Source of the DNA: a virus
Taxonomy: Duplodnaviria > Caudoviricetes
DNA: 39,562 nt
Reading direction: 5' to 3' (one strand)
IMG/VR virus record: IMGVR_UViG_3300020181_000006
Span: 1 to 39,562 of that record
A model generated the notes under the pieces. It searched no databases and was not told where the DNA came from. It saw nothing but the letters and a program-made list of their open reading frames with translations. The position numbers and the translations under genes were made by a program. Of the stretch, positions 26,613-35,876 are shown piece after piece. Each line of letters begins with the position of its first letter. Within the stretch, counting starts at the first letter, position 1.

Positions 26613-27050
26613 CTATGTTATTAAGTTGCTAAATGTTAACACGTTTCTAAATGTTGAATTAATAACTGTGTCCTCTATTATTGACACAGACAATTGCTTT
26701 CTCGTCCTTACATTGTATCCGCCCGCTATCTGAAGTTGTCCCCGGAATACATTTACAAGCTGTAGAATGCCATTGGAAATAAGCTCGCTTAAAAGCTTGC
26801 CCCCCTTATTCTTTGGGAAAACAGTCACCACGTCTAGCGTGATAAAGCATTCCTGCTTCTGCCCGCACTTTGTATTTGTAACCTCTACAGACTGTTGATC
26901 CCTTACAATCACGTAGCATTTGGCCTCCCGGATAATAGGCGGCGTACCGCGCAAAAACTCGTCGTACACTGGGACGGTTATAGCATCCACCTGTAGTGCA
27001 GCCAGCGCATCTATATACGCCTTTCTGATATTATGCGCGTGCTCGAACAT
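26613..27050 (-). CDS. Tail terminator / completion protein
   Basis: VPVYD motif; synteny. Confidence 0.65.
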   Translation of the reverse strand: MFEHAHNIRKAYIDALAALQVDAITVPVYDEFLRGTPPIIREAKCYVIVRDQQSVEVTNTKCGQKQECFITLDVVTVFPKNKGGKLLSELISNGILQLVNVFRGQLQIAGGYNVRTRKQLSVSIIEDTVINSTFRNVLTFSNLIT

Positions 27051-27453
27051 ACTTCTTCAACTTTTCAATGTACCTGATCGCTTCCTCGAAAAAAGACGGG
27101 TAGAAATACGGCTGTCCCCTTAATGTGCCGCGACCGGTCTTGAAATACGTCCTGGCGATGCGCCTTACTTCTGGATCCGCACTTGCCAGGTATGCTTTTG
27201 CTGCGGCTCCGGTATGAAACTCATAGTACGCATGCATGTCGTCCTCCCTGGTCTGAACCGCAATATTTACCCTGGCTGCATCTTTGGTAATTATTTCATT
27301 CCTCAGTATGTTCACAAAGTCCGGCTTCCTGCTGTTGGCTTTCCGCTCTACCGCCTTTCCAGTATTTGAAAGTATAGTTTGAGCGCCAGCTACCATATTT
27401 GTTAGCCTTTTGTCGAATGACCCCTTGTGCTTTACCTTGAATGTTATTATCAT
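27031..27453 (-). CDS. HK97 gp10-like neck/tail completion protein
   Basis: AYYEFHTG...QPYFYPSF. Confidence 0.7.
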   Translation of the reverse strand: MIITFKVKHKGSFDKRLTNMVAGAQTILSNTGKAVERKANSRKPDFVNILRNEIITKDAARVNIAVQTREDDMHAYYEFHTGAAAKAYLASADPEVRRIARTYFKTGRGTLRGQPYFYPSFFEEAIRYIEKLKKYVRARA

Positions 27454-27809
27454 ACTGAATCGCTAAATCTGTCTGCCCAAAGAATTGCTACTCGCTGCCG
27501 GTAATTCACGTCTACTATCTTTTTGATCGAGTACTTGTTACCGTCAATTTCAATCTCTTGCTTAACTGTGGGCTCGAAACCTGCCCTTGTTCGCATTACC
27601 ACTTCGTATGGATTGGTCATTCCAATCTCCAGCGCATGAAATGTAGGCTGGCCGCTTAGCGGCGTAACCCCTACTTTTGTCCGGAGCAGCAGGGCTCTTG
27701 GGCCTGGAACCGTTCCACCGTACCCATCTGGAACATCAGGGTAATCAAAGAACTCCCCTATCCTGTTGAACTGACCCGCATGTACGCGTGTAGTCTTATT
27801 CACAGCCAA
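27450..27809 (-). CDS. Head closure (stopper) protein
   Basis: PDGYGG...YSI..IVDV; synteny. Confidence 0.75.
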   Translation of the reverse strand: MAVNKTTRVHAGQFNRIGEFFDYPDVPDGYGGTVPGPRALLLRTKVGVTPLSGQPTFHALEIGMTNPYEVVMRTRAGFEPTVKQEIEIDGNKYSIKKIVDVNYRQRVAILWADRFSDSV

Positions 27810-28387
27810 AGGTTTTTAGAATGTCCTTCGTAGTAGTACTCCATGTTAAAACCTATTGGGTTTTCAGAATACCCTACAATCATGTTCTCGTTGTATTCGA
27901 AGCAGCTTGAAATATCTTTTATCAGTCCCGTTTTTACGCTTTCTGGAACCCCCAGCGTTCCCCAATCGCCCGCGTTGTAGGTGATGATAGCGCCTTTAGG
28001 CACATCGATGCGGCCCTGGTGATCGCTCTTGTAGGCAAGTGTATTACCGTCTTTATCGACCACCGAAACAATTGAACCGATAGGCGAATAAGGCAGCTCC
28101 ACAAAACCGGAGGTATGTTGCCAGCTTACCTTAAATACTTGCGGCCTCAAAGAACGGTTCATGAACTTTTCTGCCCTTTGTCGAGCAGATCGGATCAATT
28201 TGCTTAATACCGCATCCCAATCCGTATAGTCAATATTCAGCTTCTCCTTAACTTCATCCAGGGAAAGCGGTTCATTTCCGGTTTCTGAAACTGGCTCCAG
28301 CTGCATTCCATATGTTCCGGAGTTGCAGCCTTTCCATGTCACCCGGTTGTAAATGAAATTATCGCCGTCCTCGGTGCTGAAGATCAT
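27800..28387 (-). CDS. Head-tail adaptor (HK97 gp6/SPP1 gp15-like)
   Basis: EPLSLDEVKEKLNID...LIRSARQRAEKFMNRSL. Confidence 0.85.
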   Translation of the reverse strand: MIFSTEDGDNFIYNRVTWKGCNSGTYGMQLEPVSETGNEPLSLDEVKEKLNIDYTDWDAVLSKLIRSARQRAEKFMNRSLRPQVFKVSWQHTSGFVELPYSPIGSIVSVVDKDGNTLAYKSDHQGRIDVPKGAIITYNAGDWGTLGVPESVKTGLIKDISSCFEYNENMIVGYSENPIGFNMEYYYEGHSKNLWL

Positions 28388-28602
28388 GCCTTTTTAGTTT
28401 TGCGCTTCGGTTTGTATTCCTTTGTTACCGTTTCCTCTTTTTCTTCCTTAATCAGTGGTTCGGAAGCGGGGAGGATGTTTACGAAACCTGCTTTTTTCAA
28501 AGCATTGCCTCGTATGGCATCTACTTCAAATTCATCCCCAGGATACCGGAAAGTGTTACCCCACGAATAATCCCTAAACCCTTTGATTGTTACTACTTTC
28601 AT
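28384..28602 (-). CDS. Small basic protein after the major capsid gene
   Basis: GDEFEV...L.KAGFV; Lys-rich tail. Confidence 0.7.
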   Translation of the reverse strand: MKVVTIKGFRDYSWGNTFRYPGDEFEVDAIRGNALKKAGFVNILPASEPLIKEEKEETVTKEYKPKRKTKKA

Positions 28603-28615
28603 GGCTTTTTAATTA

Positions 28616-28642
28616 AGGGCCCGGCTTTTACACCGGACCCTA
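28616..28642 (-). terminator. Hairpin after the major capsid gene
   Basis: AGGGTCCGG/CCGGGCCCT stem on the minus strand; weak U tract. Confidence 0.5.
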
Positions 28643-28665
28643 AGTGAACGACCTAAACCAATCAA

Positions 28666-29919
28666 TTAAGCAGTACCAGCAGAAAGGTCCACGCTGATAA
28701 AGCTGTCAGGGAAGTAGATAGGGAGGGCAATGCGTTCCTCTACCAGCACAGTTACCAGGTTGGACGTGAAGTTATTGGCGTGCTCAAACGCATACCGAAC
28801 TACAGGCCCCATCCTTTGGAATATCCTGGTTCCGCGAGAGAAGTCACCTACCAAGGCTTCACCCTGAAGCAATGAGCTGGTTTGGTACACCGGAACCCCG
28901 GCAACGTTCAGAGCGACAGCACCCCAAATTGCAGGATAGGTGTACATGCCATTGGAACCCTTGTTGATCAGCAGTTCCATGTAATCCTCCGGGGATACAA
29001 TTATGCCGGTTGCCTGGCGTTTGAGCCTGCGTTCCTGGGCAAGAGCAGCAGCCAGCTTGTCCCATACATTTGATGCAGCTGTTACCGATCCAGAAGGCAG
29101 CGATAACGGCGTCGCAATCGTGTAAAGACCTTCGATATCTCCTACTCCGGTTCCTTTCAGGATCTTTTCATCCTCAACGTCAAACAGCGCCTGCGGCAGT
29201 TCAGAAGCCAGCCAGTCGCGGCTACCAACGATATCTTCCAGGAACTCGTCTGTTACCGTAAGGTGACCTGCAACCTTGTATACATTTGCAGTTTCTACAG
29301 TAGGCGTATAGTTCAGTTCAGGCTTCAGCGCACCCTCAGCCACCGTATTGATCGTGTTGCCTTCAGACCCAATCGTCATGCGCACGTAGCGAATGGCGTT
29401 TGAAACTGTTGGAGAAACAGGGATAATGCTGCGCATGTGGAAAAACTCATGCGGGGCCGACTGAATGGGCTGAAAATCGGGAGCCACAGAATCAGCTACC
29501 GTAGCAACAGCTTTGGTCTCCATCGGTATTTCAAAGTTGGTGCGAGCCGCAGCCTTCTTTTCAATTAACTCGGCGTTCTTTTCCAGTCCCTCGGCGATCA
29601 TATCCCCCAAGGCTTTCCGGCGCATTCCGTGAATTGCTTTGCCGAAATCAGCTTCTTTCACCTTTGCAGATAACTTGTCGTGCTGATCCTGAATTACCTT
29701 GATTTCCTTTTTCAGGCTTTCAGTAAATTCATCCTTCAGCTTCAAAGCTTCTGCTTTTAAGGCTTCGATTTCTGCCTTTTCGGCTTTGCCTTCCATTTCT
29801 GACAGGGCCTTTGCGGCTTCCTGCAATGCTTTTTCGGCTTTATCGCCAGCGCCCTTTACGCCCTCTTTCAGCTCCTTGGCTGCAAGATCAATGGCGTCCT
29901 TTATTTCTTTTACTTCCAT
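28666..29919 (-). CDS. Major capsid protein, HK97 fold with N-terminal coiled-coil delta domain
   Basis: VAEGALKP, V.DEFLED, IL.GTG, GDF, NFTSNLVT...EERIAL. Confidence 0.95.
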   Translation of the reverse strand: MEVKEIKDAIDLAAKELKEGVKGAGDKAEKALQEAAKALSEMEGKAEKAEIEALKAEALKLKDEFTESLKKEIKVIQDQHDKLSAKVKEADFGKAIHGMRRKALGDMIAEGLEKNAELIEKKAAARTNFEIPMETKAVATVADSVAPDFQPIQSAPHEFFHMRSIIPVSPTVSNAIRYVRMTIGSEGNTINTVAEGALKPELNYTPTVETANVYKVAGHLTVTDEFLEDIVGSRDWLASELPQALFDVEDEKILKGTGVGDIEGLYTIATPLSLPSGSVTAASNVWDKLAAALAQERRLKRQATGIIVSPEDYMELLINKGSNGMYTYPAIWGAVALNVAGVPVYQTSSLLQGEALVGDFSRGTRIFQRMGPVVRYAFEHANNFTSNLVTVLVEERIALPIYFPDSFISVDLSAGTA

Positions 29920-29921
29920 CT

Positions 29922-30572
29922 TTAATTTAATTTGAATGACTTATGAATGTGATTTATCACTTCGTCATCGGCTAAAGTGGAAGCATCCGGCTTTAGTGAG
30001 CTATAAAGTGATTTTACTTTGCTTTCTATGATTAGGTAGGTCTCATCGGTATAATTACCCCGCTTCAGTGCTTTTTCAAGCAGGTCAAGATCATCGACTA
30101 TATCAGTCAATGACTTCACGCCAAGCATAGGGGTATTGCTGTTTGCCCCGAGGAATTGTAAGGGGCTTATTTCGAGTAACGCTATTTCGGTGAGGTAATT
30201 AGCATCCCTTCCTTTATTTTCTTTAATTATTCGGTAGCCGAAACTGTGATTTTTAATTATGCCATCCTCTGCCATGTAAAGAAAGTCGCGGCCGTTGGTG
30301 TGCCTCCCAGCTTTCCCCTCGTAGTAAGCTCTTTCGTTGTCCTCCCAAATACGATTTACCCGGCCTGCTGCTTTCTTTTTATCGTGATCCATGAGCAGAG
30401 CTATAAGATCCGCACCTTCCGGGCCTCGCTCTTTTACTGATTTATTGAATGCTCCTTTTTGGACAATATCGCCATCGCTGTCTTTGCTGCCGAAGTGAGA
30501 GAACACCCCCACGACAATGCCTTGTTTGGCATCAACGTCAGCGAATCCCTCTGAAATAGCTTTTCTTAGCAT
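29922..30572 (-). CDS. HK97-family prohead protease
   Basis: DSDGDIVQKGAF, L.DHD, HSFGY, LLEIS...GAN. Confidence 0.9.
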   Translation of the reverse strand: MLRKAISEGFADVDAKQGIVVGVFSHFGSKDSDGDIVQKGAFNKSVKERGPEGADLIALLMDHDKKKAAGRVNRIWEDNERAYYEGKAGRHTNGRDFLYMAEDGIIKNHSFGYRIIKENKGRDANYLTEIALLEISPLQFLGANSNTPMLGVKSLTDIVDDLDLLEKALKRGNYTDETYLIIESKVKSLYSSLKPDASTLADDEVINHIHKSFKLN

Positions 30573-30639
30573 AATAAATACCATTCTGCCATCACGGCTG
30601 TAAGTATTCAAAATTACCTTAAATCGATAATTTCCTTAG

Positions 30640-30662
30640 CAAATATACCTATTTTCGATAAA
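30640..30662 (-). promoter_or_regulatory. Putative late promoter for the protease-capsid-tail operon
   Basis: TTTATCGA-N7-TATATTTG, the same arrangement as upstream of terS. Confidence 0.6.
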
Positions 30663-30675
30663 AACAAAAATTAAA

Positions 30676-31839
30676 TCACACTAAATGTTGAACGCTGGAT
30701 TTTGGTGTGTCAGACCAGATACGGAAATTATGAAATACGTATACCCCGGTCATGAGGCCTACCTTCCCTATTCTCCTGCAATCATTCGTGAAATGACTGT
30801 CAAAACCGAGAGCCTTTTCCCGAAACTTAACCTTATTCCAGGTTGCCTTACTAAACAGCATAAGCAGCCCGGCAACGCTTCCGTTATTGTTTTCTACTTG
30901 TCCGTACCTGGTAAGCTCAAGCTCGAGGGCCATTTCGTAATGCTTTACGATATCCCGCTCGTCGAACATCCCTTCAATGCACTGATGCGGAGATACAAGA
31001 CGATTGGTCATGCATCCCATTAAAGTATAGTTCTGCCCCGAACCGTTGACAATATCTTCTATTTGCTTTCCCCAATGCGACGTCAGGAACATGCTGTCCC
31101 CATCTCGTACGCATATCCAATCATGTTCCGGAATGTGCTTGCAGAAATCATTGATGCACTTACCAAAGTTCTTATCCGTGTCCCAGATGGTCATGTAATG
31201 AACTTTCGCCTTCATTGTTTTTGTTGGCTGATTGTGAGAGAAAATATGAAAGAAGGATCTTGCTACATGGGCTGGTAAACTATTCGGTCTTATTCCGGTT
31301 AGATGCACAGCGTGGGGGAGGCTCAATTGATCTCTATGGGTAAACTTTGCGGTAAGGAAGGCCCACTGCTCGCATAGCAATACGACGGCTTCAGACTTAT
31401 CGCGTATCATAAACCCAGTTTCCCAAAGGCCCTCTTTGCGCCGAACCCTGTCATGGATAAGCGCATCTTTTTGCCTTTGTACTTTGAGGGGCTGAGCTTT
31501 CCCGGAGCGTAGGACAGCCTGGCATTCATCATATACACAAACTCTGGACGGATGCGCCGATAAATGAAAGCCGGGCTTCAGTACCGGCGAAAGATCCTTT
31601 CTTAACTCATGGCTGCCATCAACCCAAACGGTTTGTTCGTATTCGTGCAAATAATGATGCGGCCTTATCTTGATATCCCTTTGAGTAAATACGTCGCCTT
31701 TTGCGGGCCTGAATTTCCAGACCTTTGAGGTAAGTTCCGGATTATCGGTAAAACAGATATAATCAAACCCGGGTTGAATAAAGCAGGGCTCTTTAAGGGT
31801 ATCGTACCCATTCAATATGCAGGTGTAAATTGCCTTCAT
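30676..31839 (-). CDS. Two-domain glycosyltransferase (DUF616/TOD1-MUCI70-like + GT-A/GT2-like)
   Basis: IYTCI..GYD.L, DYICFTD, VWVDGS, H..R.C.YDE, RDQLS; second domain WICVRDGDSMFL (DxD), G..MLFSK.TW, GVYVFH; ATGA-coupled to the methyltransferase. Confidence 0.85.
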   Translation of the reverse strand: MKAIYTCILNGYDTLKEPCFIQPGFDYICFTDNPELTSKVWKFRPAKGDVFTQRDIKIRPHHYLHEYEQTVWVDGSHELRKDLSPVLKPGFHLSAHPSRVCVYDECQAVLRSGKAQPLKVQRQKDALIHDRVRRKEGLWETGFMIRDKSEAVVLLCEQWAFLTAKFTHRDQLSLPHAVHLTGIRPNSLPAHVARSFFHIFSHNQPTKTMKAKVHYMTIWDTDKNFGKCINDFCKHIPEHDWICVRDGDSMFLTSHWGKQIEDIVNGSGQNYTLMGCMTNRLVSPHQCIEGMFDERDIVKHYEMALELELTRYGQVENNNGSVAGLLMLFSKATWNKVKFREKALGFDSHFTNDCRRIGKVGLMTGVYVFHNFRIWSDTPKSSVQHLV

Positions 31840-32378
31840 GCAATGCCGATCTGTTGCCTGGTTCTTCCTTCTACCTTGTTCCAATCCTCATACGCCAACG
31901 GTACTTCCCTCATATGAAGGAGGGTAATATTGCTATCCCGATAATTGACGTCAATTCGCCGTATCTTATTCCAATACAGATGAACGAAAGGCACTATCTT
32001 TTCGGTATACATGCGCTTGCGGGTATCGTGAAATGCGATTATTCCCTTATTAGTTTCCAATGCCTTGTTGGCGAAGGATATACGCATTTCCCTAAATCCG
32101 TCTATAAATAGCAAATCATGCTCAGGAATGGACAAATCATTTATCGAATTAAAGTGTTTTATATATACGTTTTCGATATTCAGGGATACCAAATGTTTCT
32201 TGGTTTTGCTGATCCAATACTCGTTTGTCTCATAGCTGGTAACATGTCCCTGGGAGTAATGTCCAAGTATTTGCGTACTGCCTCCTGAGCCAAATTCTAC
32301 AATGAGCGAATGAGTTTGAGCCAGTTCTTTCAATACCTCCGCGTCTCGCCTCGATAGATCCCCTATAAACTCAAGCAT
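31836..32378 (-). CDS. Class I SAM-dependent methyltransferase (sugar/small-molecule type)
   Basis: IVEFGSGGST motif I, SYE, DLLFIDG, IAFHD; no DNA-methyltransferase DPPY/PC motif. Confidence 0.85.
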   Translation of the reverse strand: MLEFIGDLSRRDAEVLKELAQTHSLIVEFGSGGSTQILGHYSQGHVTSYETNEYWISKTKKHLVSLNIENVYIKHFNSINDLSIPEHDLLFIDGFREMRISFANKALETNKGIIAFHDTRKRMYTEKIVPFVHLYWNKIRRIDVNYRDSNITLLHMREVPLAYEDWNKVEGRTRQQIGIA

Positions 32379-32536
32379 CAGTTGACGTTTATTTTTTTAA
32401 TAGGCAAATCCATCTCGTGGTATTTCATAGGATGTATTTCGGGTTCCTGCCGTTTTGGGGGCTGTTCGGACCTCCCGACATTATACCCTATCCCAAGTCC
32501 TATCAAGAATGTTAATAATGCCAGTAATGCCACCAT
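32378..32536 (-). CDS. 52-aa single-pass membrane peptide (not in ORF track)
   Basis: MVALLALLTFLIGLGIGYNVGRSEQPPK...KINVN; TGATG-coupled to the methyltransferase. Confidence 0.6.
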   Translation of the reverse strand: MVALLALLTFLIGLGIGYNVGRSEQPPKRQEPEIHPMKYHEMDLPIKKINVN

Positions 32537-32537
32537 A

Positions 32538-33596
32538 TTACGTTGCGATTATATTGGCCGCCCTTAATTTTGCAAGCAGTGCATTGAAATCTGCCACCAA
32601 TCCTGCTATATCATTTGCTGTGCTATCCGCCTGGGCCGCTCCCTGAGCGGCAGTCAACTTTGCATTTATCTGCGTTTGTATTGCGCTTGTAACGCCAGCC
32701 AAATAACCTAACTGCGTATTGGTAACCGGGCCTATAGAAGTTGTTGCAGGCAATACTACCGTTCCTGTAAAGGTCGGGGATGCTACATTTGCTTTTGCCG
32801 TGAGTGCGGCAGGAAGCCCTGTTACGCCGGTTTGCGGGATAGCCGGAATTTGAGCAGCGGTAAGTCCGGTGATCCCAGAGCCATCGCCTACGAATTTCGC
32901 TCCAGCCTGTGCCGTAATTTCTCCGTTAGTTTCTATAGTTAGACGAACCGTAGGCGCAGTATCGGTCGTTACGTTTCTGGTCGCAAAAAGGAGCTTTCCC
33001 ATGTCGCTACCAGATCCACTTGTTTCCTGGTAACCCATTACTGCTGCAGCGTGGCTTGAATCCTCGGAATGCCGATATCCGAAACCGATGAGACGGTATG
33101 AATTGGTATTGTATTCGGTTCCTCCCAAATGCAGGTAAACCGAAGCCAAGTCAAATGTAGTAGGCGCGTTGTTGTGCCCGGTTCCGGTTGGATATTTGGT
33201 AAGAATTAACTTACTTCTGTTATTTGGGTCTGAAAACAGAATTGGCCCTGTCATAGTGTCGCCGGCCTTCAAAACCTTATTATCGAGCTTCGTCACTACG
33301 GCGGGATCCAGCATGATTTCAGTAATTGATCCATTGGGTATTCCAATATCACCTCCGTCATCGGGAGCCAGGGCATTCGCTTGCAACCAAGCATCAAGTT
33401 CGGCTTCAGATCCGAAAAAATCCCCTGTTTCCTCGTTTATCGTGCTGCCGTAGAATGTTATTGGAGAAACCTCATCAAGAGGAACACCTCTTAACACCCA
33501 TCTCCCGTTTATCTTGTTACCAACTATGCTGTTCTTTTTGAAACGGACATTGTTTATAAAAACCGTGTCGCTGTTTACCTTGAGTGAAAGTGCCAT
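32538..33596 (-). CDS. Head fibre / capsid decoration protein
   Basis: C-terminal AQADSTA.DIAGLVADFNALLAKLRAA head-fibre motif; fibre repeats KAGDTMTG, ASPTFTGTV, LGYLAGVTSAIQTQ. Confidence 0.7.
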   Translation of the reverse strand: MALSLKVNSDTVFINNVRFKKNSIVGNKINGRWVLRGVPLDEVSPITFYGSTINEETGDFFGSEAELDAWLQANALAPDDGGDIGIPNGSITEIMLDPAVVTKLDNKVLKAGDTMTGPILFSDPNNRSKLILTKYPTGTGHNNAPTTFDLASVYLHLGGTEYNTNSYRLIGFGYRHSEDSSHAAAVMGYQETSGSGSDMGKLLFATRNVTTDTAPTVRLTIETNGEITAQAGAKFVGDGSGITGLTAAQIPAIPQTGVTGLPAALTAKANVASPTFTGTVVLPATTSIGPVTNTQLGYLAGVTSAIQTQINAKLTAAQGAAQADSTANDIAGLVADFNALLAKLRAANIIAT

Positions 33597-33607
33597 AATA
33601 AATAGTG

Positions 33608-34489
33608 TTAAATTAATACATTAGAAAATGATTCCACGTAATCTATCCCGTATCGTTTTATTACCTCCTGCTCTGTTGCTATAAGCTGTCTGCATCTGCA
33701 GTTGATCGTGTTCCCCGGGCTTCCTTCTGGATCTCCCGGGTATCTTAATAGCTCCCCTCCTACTTCGAACCTGTCACCGAGTGGAATAGGGCGCACATCC
33801 CGCATAGCAAAGTGAGCTGGGCGTGTCCTATCATCTTCCATTGGTATCCATCCATGCCAAATGGTGACCTCATTCGCCCTCCCGTATCCAGAAGCCCCTT
33901 GTTCCACGCCAGTGTTCAAAATTGTTGTGGCCTCAGTCCTTGCTATTGTTAAGGCATGGGGATCGATAAAATCACGAGCAGATAATTTGCTTAAAATGTT
34001 TTGCTTTTCTGCCTCACCCAATGTAATCGGAGCTCCCCTTCTCCTATTTATTCCTGTAATGGCTTCACCGCGTACAGGACCACTGGTTGACGACCTGTTT
34101 AAAATGTTCTGCCCCTCACCTTCATCCAGTATAACCCTTGCTACCCTCCGCCTGGTTGTTTCTGTAATCGATGCCATGCGCGTGAAAATATCTGTAAGCA
34201 GATACATGGCAGCAAACTGGTTCCAGGCATCAACTATCCATTCAGGGATCAGGTCCTTTTTACGCTCCAAATCATTGTACTGATTCCGCGCTACTAAGAT
34301 AAGCATTTTCGGGTAAAAGTCATTGAATGCCAGATAAATAGGATCTATTTTTACCAACCTGTTTAGCTGACTATTAGCATACTCCGGTCCTCGTTCCTCA
34401 ATCGCTTGAAGAACCGGCGCTACCTGGTGCCTGAGGCCACGCCTGATGATAGGGAATATCCTACGCTCTATTTGGCTGTGCGTTATCAT
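33608..34489 (-). CDS. MuF/SPP1 gp7-like head morphogenesis protein
   Basis: TIARTE, W....DDRTRPAH, YPGDP....NTINCRC. Confidence 0.9.
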   Translation of the reverse strand: MITHSQIERRIFPIIRRGLRHQVAPVLQAIEERGPEYANSQLNRLVKIDPIYLAFNDFYPKMLILVARNQYNDLERKKDLIPEWIVDAWNQFAAMYLLTDIFTRMASITETTRRRVARVILDEGEGQNILNRSSTSGPVRGEAITGINRRRGAPITLGEAEKQNILSKLSARDFIDPHALTIARTEATTILNTGVEQGASGYGRANEVTIWHGWIPMEDDRTRPAHFAMRDVRPIPLGDRFEVGGELLRYPGDPEGSPGNTINCRCRQLIATEQEVIKRYGIDYVESFSNVLI

Positions 34490-35876
34490 ATGCGTCGTTT
34501 TCTCCCGATGGATCAGGCTCAGGGATTGGTGTCATAGCTTGGCTTAAAAGCATCTTGCTTGTGGGCATTAAGGGCTCGTCCATCCCGGGTAATCCTAATT
34601 CCTCATAACCCATTGCCTCGCGCTTTTCATCATACGTCAGCCAGTCGCTTTCTTTCAGCCATTCCGATAATTTCTTAAGGTCCTCCTGCAGTTCTTCGTA
34701 TACGTCGGTATTGAATCCCACATAAAGGCCTTTCCCGTACAGCGGCACAAGGTGTTTGTTGATTCCTAACGCCAGCTTGTCCAGCTCTGGTAAAACCGCA
34801 TCGGTTATTCCCGCTTTTCTGGCTTCTTGGTAATTGCTTTGCGCTGCATTCGCCCGGTCGCCCATGAGAATCGAGGGCCAATGATATACATTGCAAAGCG
34901 TTTGTCGGTCATATTTCAGGCTGTCTATGATATTAAGGTCCACCGGTGACATGCCAATCTGATGCCAGCCTATTTTTCCGTTTGTGGCGAATATCCTGCC
35001 TCTGTTCCTGGAACCGGCAATTTCTTTATCGATCTTCGCTTGGAGCTGTGACATGTATTCAATACTCTTTGGAGATCCAGCATCGGGCCCTTCATTGAAT
35101 ACAAACCCCGCGGCTCCTGAATTACAAAAGGCTGAAGCAAGGGACTGGATACCCTCGTTATTCTGCTGGACGGTTTTTATCGCTGCTCTGAGCGGCGACT
35201 GCCCTCTTAAATGCCCTCCGTACAAATCATACTCCGGATTGAAGTCGGCGACATGTATTACCTGATCAGCCGGGATTTCAATTGTTAAGTTTCCGATGCT
35301 CATTTTATACCCCTGGACCGGCTGTTGCCAGGTGCCCGCTACCTGCTGGACATATTGAGGTGGCATATTGTACATTGCTACCGGTTTGCCTGCGTTAATG
35401 CTATCCTCCCCAGGCTGCTGCATGTACCACATATACTCCCCGGTGAGAAGATGAAATCCTACTGTATTTCCAGCAAATTCCTGCCAGCTTTGGTTTTCAT
35501 TGGGATTGAGCAGTCTTGCTTCAAGTTCCGTGTCGCTGATTTCTTCAAGGGCCTTCTTACGGAAGGCATTTGCCTTTGTTCTGATGAATGGGTCTTGATT
35601 GTTTTTCAGCCCCTTGTACCCTGCCAGGGCTTTTTCGTCAACTATCCTGTAAACCACAGGGGGCGCAAGAATGGTCTTTCCGATAATAGAGGATATGATC
35701 GAATATACATCGGCGTTCATTTGGTAGCCCGTCCTTACGAATACCCTCTTATCCTCATTATACCACACAATGCCGCCGTTCCCCATATATGCGTAAAGGA
35801 TCTGGTTTAGCAGGTTGCCCCCTTCCGGTGCAGGCTGCCCGCTGAACTGCCGGACTAATTTTTTTAATATGTTCAT
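34461..35876 (-). CDS. Portal protein (HK97 family)
   Basis: GQSPL.AA, F.N.G..G, IGMSPVD, LCNVY..P, LT.DEKRE.MGY. Confidence 0.9.
   Translation of the reverse strand: MNILKKLVRQFSGQPAPEGGNLLNQILYAYMGNGGIVWYNEDKRVFVRTGYQMNADVYSIISSIIGKTILAPPVVYRIVDEKALAGYKGLKNNQDPFIRTKANAFRKKALEEISDTELEARLLNPNENQSWQEFAGNTVGFHLLTGEYMWYMQQPGEDSINAGKPVAMYNMPPQYVQQVAGTWQQPVQGYKMSIGNLTIEIPADQVIHVADFNPEYDLYGGHLRGQSPLRAAIKTVQQNNEGIQSLASAFCNSGAAGFVFNEGPDAGSPKSIEYMSQLQAKIDKEIAGSRNRGRIFATNGKIGWHQIGMSPVDLNIIDSLKYDRQTLCNVYHWPSILMGDRANAAQSNYQEARKAGITDAVLPELDKLALGINKHLVPLYGKGLYVGFNTDVYEELQEDLKKLSEWLKESDWLTYDEKREAMGYEELGLPGMDEPLMPTSKMLLSQAMTPIPEPDPSGENDAYDNAQPNRA

Noticed and set aside
31836-32378. DNA methyltransferase / restriction-modification
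   Set aside because: Lacks DPPY/NPPY or PC motifs, is short, and is coupled to a glycosyltransferase
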